Shown here: piece after piece, positions 57,146 through 64,000 of the stretch
Position numbering within the stretch: the first letter of the stretch is position 1
Layout of the letters: each line of letters opens with the position of its first letter
Assembly: GCA_964551645.1 (NCBI GenBank)
Contig: CAZKDV010000001.1
Span: 17,065 to 81,064 of the forward strand
From: an uncultured Bacteroidales bacterium
GTDB taxonomy: Bacteria > Bacteroidota > Bacteroidia > Bacteroidales > DTU049
Length of the DNA: 64,000 nucleotides
Reading direction: 5' to 3'
The notes under the pieces: generated by a model
The model's database searches: none
Seen by the model: the letters and a program-made list of their open reading frames with translations, nothing else
Told to the model about the DNA's origin: nothing
Translations under genes and position numbers: made by a program

Positions 57146-59485
57146 TTATTCAGCTAATTGTAGAAAAAACGAAAATGTTGAACCTTGATTCGGAATACTT
57201 TTTACTTTTATTTTTGTATTATGCTTCAACAAAAATTCTTTACAAATCAACAAACCTAATCCACTACCTTTTTCTGAAGCAGTTCCGCGAGTTGATTTAC
57301 TTTTGTTGACATTAAAAAGATTTTGAACCTGCTCTTGACTCATTCCAACACCATTATCAATTATTGCAATTTGAATTCTTTTTTGCACTTTTTCAGCTTT
57401 GATTATTATTTTTTCTTTTGGGGGTGAAAACTTCAAAGCATTGGATATCAAATTCCTAAAAACTGTTGAAATCATGGACTTATCAGCTAATATCTGAATT
57501 GTTGAGTCAAAAACCTTAAGAATTTCCACTTGTTTAGAAGCTGCATGACTTGCAAATAAACTAATTGCATCATCAACTAGTTCGGACAAGTAAATTGGTT
57601 CTGGATTGTACCTAATTTTTCCTGTTTGAGACATTGACCACTGCAAAAGATTTTCTAACAAATAATATATTTGGTCGGTAGTTTTCTCTAAATCTTCTGT
57701 AAGTTCTTGAATCTCAGTTTTTTTCAACTTATTTATATCTCTTTTAATAAGTCGGGTAAAACTAACAACCGAAGCAAATGGACTTCTAAGATCATGAGCT
57801 ATGATAGAAAATAATTTGTCTTTAGTTGAATTAAGAGACATTAGTTCTTCTTCTGACTTTTTAAGTTTCTCATTTGCAGATACAAGCGAATTATTTAGTT
57901 TGTTTAGTTCTTGTTTCTGTTCTTCAAGACTTAAGTTCATGCTGACAAGCAGTTTGTTTGCAGAAGATATTTCATTTTTTTGCTCAATAAGTAATCTATT
58001 TTTCTTTCTGATGAAAAATATCAAATAAACTGCAAACACCAATAAGCAAAGCAAAACAACAGCTCCGATAGTTATATTTCGTTTCACGGCAATAGCTTGC
58101 TCTTTTAAGACTTGTTCTAACTTATGAGACTTTTTGAGAATTTCTAAATCGTTTTGTTGTTTTGATAGTTCAAAAATTAAATCTATAGTTTGAAAAGTAC
58201 TTGCCTCTTTAAGTTCAAAAAATCTTATTGCATGAGTCTTGCTTTTAAGCATGTACTCATAAGCAGCTTTATAATTATTTAGATTGAATTCAACTTTTGC
58301 TAAATGCGTATATATCTCGCTAATCAGGTCGTCTCTATTTGTGTAAATACCAATGCTAATGCTTTTTAGAAGGGTTTCTTTTGATTTAAAATTTCTTCCT
58401 TGTAACAAAAGATAGTGTCCAATTCTCATCAAAGTTTGAGCTTCATTCTCAAGATCATTTATATTGCGTGCAATAACAAGATTCCTGTCAAGATACAATA
58501 ATGCTTTATTAATACTATTTTTACTTGCGTATGCTGATGCAATTTCATAATTCAAATTTAAAATTTGTAAAAAGTTGTTTTCTTGCTCTGCCAACAATTT
58601 CCCTCGCATAAAATAATTCAATGCTTTATCAATATTGTTTTGAATCAGATTAGTTTTTCCAAGTTCTATTAAAGAAGATATTTCGCCTGTTAAATTATTA
58701 TTTTGTTTATAAAATTTATTTGCTAACAAATAATTTGTTATTGCTTCATCATACTGTTGATTTTCTCGCAATAAAGTTCCTAAATTGATATATAAAATAG
58801 GCAAATAGGTAATTTCTTTTATGTTTCCTGCAATTTCAATGGCAGTATTATATTTTTCTATTGCTTTGGATTTTTGATCGAGTAAAGCATAAATCTGCCC
58901 AAGATTTATCAAAGACATTACTATTTGTTGCTCGTCTGAAATAGTTTTACTTATATCAAAAGCTTTTAGTCCATATTGCAATGCTTGATAATAATTATTG
59001 TTTGCCAAATATAGTGTGCTATATGCTTGATAAGTGTCGTATAAGCCTTTATTATTAGCATTTTTGGAGAATATTGACTCAGCTTGAGAAAAATGAAAAA
59101 CTGCATTTTGAATATCTCCTAACAAATTAAAAGTTTTTCCTATATCTATAGAAATTCTTGCAACTTCATTGTGTTTGTTCGCTTTTTTTGCAACCGACAT
59201 TGCTCTATTATAATAATCAAGTGCATTGCGATAATGTCCATAGCGGATTTCAATTAACCCAAGATTAGCTAAAGAAGTAATTACACCATTAGTGTATGAT
59301 TTTTTGTTCGAAATCTGAAGTGCTTCTAATAAATTAGATATTGCTTGGTTTGAATCGGTAACAGATAATTCAAGTGCCTTTGCATTCATTTGAATTATTT
59401 TGTTTGTATCAATTGCAAAAATTTGAGCTTTTAATACAAAAACAATAATAAAACATACAAATATACGAACTTGAGTGTATTTCAC
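57146..59485 (-). CDS. TPR-repeat sensor histidine kinase
   Basis: N-terminal signal/TM, about 10 TPR-like repeats, a TM (ITIGAVVLLCLLVFAVYLIFFI) and a coiled coil. H-box FSIIAHDLRSP and HATPase motifs DNGVGM and GSGLGL follow. The start is set to the GTG at 59485 because the TTG at 59509 lies inside the -7 box; start confidence is moderate. Confidence 0.85.
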   Translation of the reverse strand: MKYTQVRIFVCFIIVFVLKAQIFAIDTNKIIQMNAKALELSVTDSNQAISNLLEALQISNKKSYTNGVITSLANLGLIEIRYGHYRNALDYYNRAMSVAKKANKHNEVARISIDIGKTFNLLGDIQNAVFHFSQAESIFSKNANNKGLYDTYQAYSTLYLANNNYYQALQYGLKAFDISKTISDEQQIVMSLINLGQIYALLDQKSKAIEKYNTAIEIAGNIKEITYLPILYINLGTLLRENQQYDEAITNYLLANKFYKQNNNLTGEISSLIELGKTNLIQNNIDKALNYFMRGKLLAEQENNFLQILNLNYEIASAYASKNSINKALLYLDRNLVIARNINDLENEAQTLMRIGHYLLLQGRNFKSKETLLKSISIGIYTNRDDLISEIYTHLAKVEFNLNNYKAAYEYMLKSKTHAIRFFELKEASTFQTIDLIFELSKQQNDLEILKKSHKLEQVLKEQAIAVKRNITIGAVVLLCLLVFAVYLIFFIRKKNRLLIEQKNEISSANKLLVSMNLSLEEQKQELNKLNNSLVSANEKLKKSEEELMSLNSTKDKLFSIIAHDLRSPFASVVSFTRLIKRDINKLKKTEIQELTEDLEKTTDQIYYLLENLLQWSMSQTGKIRYNPEPIYLSELVDDAISLFASHAASKQVEILKVFDSTIQILADKSMISTVFRNLISNALKFSPPKEKIIIKAEKVQKRIQIAIIDNGVGMSQEQVQNLFNVNKSKSTRGTASEKGSGLGLLICKEFLLKHNTKIKVKSIPNQGSTFSFFLQLAE

Positions 59486-59506
59486 TTTTTTTAAGAATAT
59501 AAAAAG

Positions 59507-59514
59507 CAAAAATA
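59507..59514 (-). promoter_or_regulatory. -7 promoter box TATTTTTG for the sensor kinase operon
   Basis: The plus-strand caaaaata is the reverse complement of TAnnTTTG, 22 nt upstream of the GTG at 59485. Confidence 0.4.
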
Positions 59515-59567
59515 TAAATAATTATTATTGTTATTTGGAATATTTGCTTGATTGGTAATCAAATAAA

Positions 59568-59602
59568 TATTTTTGTATATCTAATTTATTTTTGTAATTT
59601 TG
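59568..59602 (+). promoter_or_regulatory. Three closely spaced -7 boxes upstream of greA
   Basis: TATTTTTG (59568-59575), TATTTTTG (59587-59594) and TAATTTTG (59595-59602) all match TAnnTTTG. No further match lies between them and the greA ATG. Confidence 0.45.
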
Positions 59603-59609
59603 CAAAATA

Positions 59610-59656
59610 AACAAGAGGACCTCTCGCAAAAAAGGTCTTCTTGTTTTGTTTTTTAT
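59610..59656 (+). terminator. Terminator-like hairpin in the greA leader (possible attenuator)
   Basis: Stem aacaagaggacc (59610-59621) / ggtcttcttgtt (59634-59645), 12 bp with one G-T pair. It is followed by ttgttttttattt and lies between the -7 boxes and the greA ATG at 59682. Confidence 0.5.
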
Positions 59657-59681
59657 TTATATCTTTTATATATAAGTAGTT

Positions 59682-60164
59682 ATGGGAAAACCAGTATATT
59701 TTACAAAAGAAGGATTAAAGAAATTACAAGATGAACTTGAATATCTTGTTAATGTTGAGCGTGCTCGTATCTCACAACAAATTGCTGAAGCAAGAGACAA
59801 AGGAGACTTATCAGAAAATGCGGAATATGATGCAGCCAAAGAAGCACAAGCAATGCTTGGCTTGAGAATTGCCAAACTTCAAAATGCAGTCGGAAATGCA
59901 AGAATTATTGACGAATCGCAAATAAGCAATGAAGAAGTAAGACTGTTCACAATTGTAACAGTTAAAAATAAAACAGCAAAAAAAGATTTTATTTATACCA
60001 TAGTATCTGAAAATGAAACAGATATTAAAACACGAAAAATATCAATAAATTCACCTATTGGAACAGGATTGCTCGGTAAAAAAGTTGGAGATACAGTTAC
60101 AATTGATGTCCCAGCAGGAAAAATTGAACTTGAAATATTGTCAATTGAAGCAATGCAACTATGA
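59682..60164 (+). CDS. greA: Transcription elongation factor GreA
   Basis: The AEARDKGDLSENAEYDAAKE coiled-coil tip with acidic residues and a C-terminal FKBP-like domain; 160 aa. Confidence 0.93.
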   Translation: MGKPVYFTKEGLKKLQDELEYLVNVERARISQQIAEARDKGDLSENAEYDAAKEAQAMLGLRIAKLQNAVGNARIIDESQISNEEVRLFTIVTVKNKTAKKDFIYTIVSENETDIKTRKISINSPIGTGLLGKKVGDTVTIDVPAGKIELEILSIEAMQL

Positions 60165-60556
60165 GCAACTCTATATTTACAAAAATTATCAATAAGGAAA
60201 TTCCAGCATATATAATTCATGAAGATGAAAAACATATTGCTTTCTTAGATATTAACCCACTTGCCCAAGGACACACATTAGTAGTTCCTAAAATAGAGAT
60301 TGACTATATATTTGACTTGCCAACTGATGCCTATGAAAGTCTTTGGATTTTTGCAAAAAAAATTGCATCTGCTATTGATAAATTTAGTGGTGCCGAAAGA
60401 ATTGGAATAGCGGTGATAGGACTTGAGGTTCCACATGCACATATTCATCTTGTGCCAATTAACGGTATTCATGATATTGATTTCTCAAAACCAAAACTCA
60501 AACTAAATCCTGAAGAGTTTCAAAATATTTTAACAGAAATACGCAAAAACTTATAA
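60161..60556 (+). CDS. HIT-family (histidine triad) nucleotide hydrolase
   Basis: The HAHIHLVP triad. The start ATG overlaps the greA stop (ATGA). Confidence 0.9.
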   Translation: MSNSIFTKIINKEIPAYIIHEDEKHIAFLDINPLAQGHTLVVPKIEIDYIFDLPTDAYESLWIFAKKIASAIDKFSGAERIGIAVIGLEVPHAHIHLVPINGIHDIDFSKPKLKLNPEEFQNILTEIRKNL

Positions 60557-60657
60557 TAACCTACTTATTGTGCAATTTGAAAAATAAATCAAAAATTGTT
60601 CAATTTCCCGAAGAAATTCAGATATTCATCAATTTCTAATAAATTGAACTGATTGCT

Positions 60658-60948
60658 ATGAGATATAACATATTAAGCAATTTGCTAAGTGATTTACATT
60701 TAAGACCCATGTTCCACTATAAAGAGCAACCTATATTGTTGCATGTTTTAGTCTGCTTTATGGCACTTGTTATATCTAAGCATATAGAGATAAAAACAAA
60801 TTACTCAATAAAGAAGTTTGTTAATGAGGCGAAAAAGATTACAGATGCACGCTTATACAATAAAATAACAAATAAAGAAGTGAAGATTAGAACAGAAATA
60901 ACAAATACAATGACAGAAATTTTAAAAAAATTAAATTTGTCGCACTAA
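60658..60948 (+). mobile_element. 5-prime-truncated remnant of an IS4-superfamily (IS1634-like) DDE transposase gene
   Basis: LRPMFHYKEQPILLHVLVCFMALVISKHIE matches the conserved C-terminal block (L..RPI.H.......I..H......AL) of these transposases. Only about 96 codons remain, with an in-frame stop at 60640 just upstream and no N-terminal or DDE core. Confidence 0.55.
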
Positions 60949-61180
60949 AACGGACAAATCAGGAGTTAAATTTATTTGATAAGTAAAATTAATTTACTGA
61001 TTAATCATAAAAACACAACTTATGTAATGAGTCATATGTTTATACACTTTTGGCAAAAACAGCGTGAACTACTAAAAAACTGAATTCGATATAAACTTTT
61101 AAGGTATCAAAAATAAATACAATAAAAGTTATTGAAACAAGACTAGTAATAAATTTCTTTTTTTATCACATAAAAACGAG

Positions 61181-62428
61181 TTAATATTGTTCTCGGATTT
61201 GATTTTCAATTTTTGGAAAAATTGTTAAAAAGTCTTCATAACATTTAATTTGGTTTAATTCTTTCTCATAGGTTTGCAAGTCTACTTCGTCAAGATAGGT
61301 GCAGCCTGAACCTGCAAAATCAAAATAAAACATATTTGTATAATATTGATTTGTTATATCAGTCTTAGAAATTACAACTATAAATTCTCGTTCAACATGG
61401 TGGTCTAATTGAGCTTTGTATTTAAACACGCTAAGTACAGAGTCTCTGCCACCTAGCGCAAAAGTGTAAATATAATCAAGGTAATTGTAATAAAACTTTT
61501 TATTACAAAGAGATAATTTAATTGGAACGCAAATCTCAATCCATTTATCATCATTTGATTCTACAAGTCTAAATCCTATAGTTTGTATATAATTATTAAA
61601 TTCACGTCCATCTGTTAGATTTAAGTCTTTAAGAGAAAAAGTTTTATGGGTTTTTGAGTATTTTAAATCTAAATCTTCTTCATACCAATTTAACCAAAGA
61701 TCGTAATCAATCGTGTACCCCAAATAATAATTTATTGTGTTTGAATCAGCATTATTAATGGTTTTAGGTTTAGGAATTTCTTCTTTACCTGAAAAGAAAA
61801 TATAAGTAAATCCGTAATTTAAGTCATTAATTTTAATTTTCTTATTTTTATAATCATTATAAAAAGTAAGTAAAAAATCTTCTTTATTAATAGGTTTTTT
61901 AAATTCATATTTCTTATAAAGTCTAATAAAAGATTTTTTTTCTTTAGAATATATAAATGAATCATATAAGAAATTATTATTTGTTCTTTTTGTAATTATA
62001 GTTAAAAAATATTCTTTATTTCCATTTATTTCAAAATCATGTATAAAAACAGATATAAATTCATCTCCTTCGATTGAAAAACTTTCAATTCTTTTTATTT
62101 TATCGCTTGTCCGATAAACTAAAATAATCTCTAAATCTCTGTCTATGTCAATACTGTAGTTAGACCATGTAAATAGATATTCATATTTTTCATTAGGGTT
62201 TTTTAAATCTCCTTCTCCAAAATTATATATGCTATCAATTGCACCATATGTCCCAAAACAAATATCTTCTGCCCATAATGGATTGTTTCCATTTACAACA
62301 ATATTAGGATTTTGAATATGGGATTCTTCAGGTTCATAGGTTTCGTCATTATTTGCATGTCTCGTACATGCAATATTAAATAATAATAGGTTTATTACCA
62401 GTAAAGTACAAGCAAAATATTTAAACAT
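61181..62428 (-). CDS. Putative lipoprotein, unknown family, paralog 1 (415 aa)
   Basis: Signal LLVINLLLFNIAC. It is collinear with the upstream paralog (EKYEYLF, DKWIEIC, DSVLSVFKYK, REFIVVISKT, YEDFLTIFPKIE). It starts 28 nt after paralog 2 with no promoter box in between. Confidence 0.75.
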   Translation of the reverse strand: MFKYFACTLLVINLLLFNIACTRHANNDETYEPEESHIQNPNIVVNGNNPLWAEDICFGTYGAIDSIYNFGEGDLKNPNEKYEYLFTWSNYSIDIDRDLEIILVYRTSDKIKRIESFSIEGDEFISVFIHDFEINGNKEYFLTIITKRTNNNFLYDSFIYSKEKKSFIRLYKKYEFKKPINKEDFLLTFYNDYKNKKIKINDLNYGFTYIFFSGKEEIPKPKTINNADSNTINYYLGYTIDYDLWLNWYEEDLDLKYSKTHKTFSLKDLNLTDGREFNNYIQTIGFRLVESNDDKWIEICVPIKLSLCNKKFYYNYLDYIYTFALGGRDSVLSVFKYKAQLDHHVEREFIVVISKTDITNQYYTNMFYFDFAGSGCTYLDEVDLQTYEKELNQIKCYEDFLTIFPKIENQIREQY

Positions 62429-62456
62429 CTCTATTAGTATTAATTTTTATAAATTA

Positions 62457-63743
62457 TTAAAAAGAATATTCTATTATTAAATCATCCTCTATTTTTGGAA
62501 AAACTGTTATAAAATCTTCATAAGATTTTATATTATTTAATTTATCCTCACAGCCTTTAATAGTTAACTGCGTAAGGTAACAACAACCTGTTGCACCACA
62601 ATCAGCTTCAAATAAATCAATATAGTGTTTGTTTGTTGAATTTGTTTTAGATATAACAACAATAAATTCTCTATTATTCTTATAATTATATTTAAAAGTG
62701 CTTAAAACAGAATCCTTCCCTTTTAGAATATGAGTATCTAAGTAATAAATATTATTGCAATAATCAAATTTTATACAAACTGCTTTATCATGTAGATAAC
62801 AAAGTTCAATCCACTTATCGTAATTATTTTCTGCATTTCTAAACGCAATAACTTCTATGGCATAACTATAATCTTCCTTAAACTTAAAATTTTTAGCTGT
62901 AAAAATATTATGAGTTTTAGTATATTTAATTCCTTGAATTTTATCTTCCCAGTTTAACCACGCTTCATTTATACCAAAGCTGTTGAAGGTTTCACTTTCG
63001 TCAGTTTTTATAGATTCTAAATTATTATTAATATTTGGGTCGCTTATTGGTTCTGTTCCAGCAAAAAATACATATTCAATATGTGTATCTATTTCATTAA
63101 TTTCAAAATTATTACTTAGATTTTGGGCATTAAATAAACTGATAAAATCATCTTTGCTACTATAATGATTTAGTAAATAATAATGAGGTTCATTTTCTTC
63201 TATAATATCTTCGTAAATATTGTTCTCAACAGAATATTTAAAAGTATTTGAATAATACTCCTCATCACTTTTTGTTATTATAGAAATAAAAAATATTTTT
63301 TTACCATTTTGCTCTAAAGTATGTGAAAATATATCAACATAATCATCACCAAATAAAATAAGATCTTGTATTTGTTTAACCCTATCATCTACCTGTGAAA
63401 CAATAGTGATTTTCAGTGTATTATAACATGGATATGTAATATTTTTTTTTGTGACAAATATATATTCATATTTTTCCAAAGGATTATCTGTAATTTCTTT
63501 TCCATAAGAATAGATTTTTATAATATTTGAATAAGCATCTTTATATCCAAATAAATTACATACATCGCTTGCCCAGCAAGAGTTATTATCATATAATACA
63601 GTATCATATAATACAGAATGTGAAATATGAATTTTTACTACTTCATCTTTTAAATCATTATTTTCACTGTTTTTACAAGCAAAATTAAGTAATAAAATGA
63701 TTGCTAAAAGCAAGTAATAAACAAAATACTTATTAGTTTTCAT
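62457..63743 (-). CDS. Putative lipoprotein, unknown family, paralog 2 (428 aa)
   Basis: Signal LLLAIILLLNFAC. It shares ordered motifs with paralog 1 (EKYEYIF, DKWIELC, DSVLSTFKYN, REFIVVISKT, YEDFITVFPKIE). Confidence 0.75.
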   Translation of the reverse strand: MKTNKYFVYYLLLAIILLLNFACKNSENNDLKDEVVKIHISHSVLYDTVLYDNNSCWASDVCNLFGYKDAYSNIIKIYSYGKEITDNPLEKYEYIFVTKKNITYPCYNTLKITIVSQVDDRVKQIQDLILFGDDYVDIFSHTLEQNGKKIFFISIITKSDEEYYSNTFKYSVENNIYEDIIEENEPHYYLLNHYSSKDDFISLFNAQNLSNNFEINEIDTHIEYVFFAGTEPISDPNINNNLESIKTDESETFNSFGINEAWLNWEDKIQGIKYTKTHNIFTAKNFKFKEDYSYAIEVIAFRNAENNYDKWIELCYLHDKAVCIKFDYCNNIYYLDTHILKGKDSVLSTFKYNYKNNREFIVVISKTNSTNKHYIDLFEADCGATGCCYLTQLTIKGCEDKLNNIKSYEDFITVFPKIEDDLIIEYSF

Positions 63744-63781
63744 AGTTTTAAAAAGCTGAATTTTTAATACTCATTAAGCAA

Positions 63782-63789
63782 CAAAAATA
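63782..63789 (-). promoter_or_regulatory. -7 promoter box TATTTTTG for the lipoprotein paralog pair
   Basis: The plus-strand caaaaata is the reverse complement of TAnnTTTG, 39 nt upstream of the ATG at 63743. Confidence 0.4.
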
Positions 63790-64000
63790 AGAATTTTTAT
63801 TAATTTACAAGTGTAAATATCGTTATATTTTGGAAATAAAAGTACTGTTTTTAACTATTTATAAATTTTATAAAGTCATTTATCCCAGATTCCACAATAG
63901 GAATTTTTTGAGTTAAATCTATATTACGAAACATAAAAATACAGTTATAAATTATTGATATACAGTAAGTAAAGTTGATGTTTTTCTAATGCGTAGCGTT

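Noticed and set aside
63442-63450. T9 (A9 on the coding strand) homopolymer inside lipoprotein paralog 2, as a possible slipped-strand phase-variation site.
   Set aside because: Comparable A/T runs occur in housekeeping genes here (for example A9 in topA near 30831), so the tract is expected from base composition.
63851-64000. A 27-codon minus-strand ORF (63851..63934, MFRNIDLTQKIPIVESGINDFIKFINS) and an ATG at 63989 running off the window.
   Set aside because: They are too short or truncated to evaluate, with no supporting promoter box or motif.
1-64000. tRNA, rRNA, tmRNA, RNase P, SRP RNA and riboswitch candidates.
   Set aside because: I scanned by eye for the T-loop GGTTCGAATCC and its complement, RNase P GAGGAAAGTCC-like cores, and common riboswitch cores in leaders. 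None was found. This visual scan is not exhaustive, so an Rfam/tRNAscan run is still advisable.

Overview
AT-rich Bacteroidota chromosomal segment, almost entirely coding. The backbone is housekeeping: ung, a UvrD-like helicase-nuclease, trxA, uvrA, zupT, miaB, topA, polA, yidD, an S41 protease, greA, a HIT protein and two ECF sigma factors. The core type IX secretion/gliding operon porP(sprF-like)-gldK-gldL-gldM-gldN lies at 34.3-40.3 kb. Four large T9SS cargo genes are present. Two carry type A C-terminal domains (363-7250). Two are lamin-tail-domain/SprB-repeat/PKD proteins with type B (CHU_C-like) C-terminal domains (49.9-55.9 kb). I found no rRNA, tRNA, CRISPR array or intact mobile element. 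One 5-prime-truncated IS transposase remnant (60658-60948) borders a very AT-rich islet with two tandem paralogous lipoprotein genes of unknown family. The best candidates for undescribed biology are: (1) the minus-strand locus 48.3-59.5 kb (TPR sensor kinase, MORN lipoprotein, DUF2148-like protein, two type-B cargo genes without a cognate PorP/SprF gene, an unknown 401-aa membrane protein, and an output-less receiver with a Lys-to-Gln change); (2) the tandem internally duplicated lipoprotein paralogs at 61.2-63.7 kb; (3) a 4 x 540-bp in-frame repeat encoding an unassigned five-cysteine module (1677-3833); (4) an arginase-fold gene with degenerate metal-ligand motifs directly upstream of the T9SS operon; (5) a terminator-like leader hairpin upstream of greA. 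The ORF track renders TTG/GTG starts as M. Several starts were trimmed to downstream ATG/GTG codons using signal peptides, typical homolog N-termini and Bacteroidota -7 promoter boxes (TAnnTTTG) that fall inside the extended ORFs. All functional calls come from motif recognition by eye; no database search or computation was possible.
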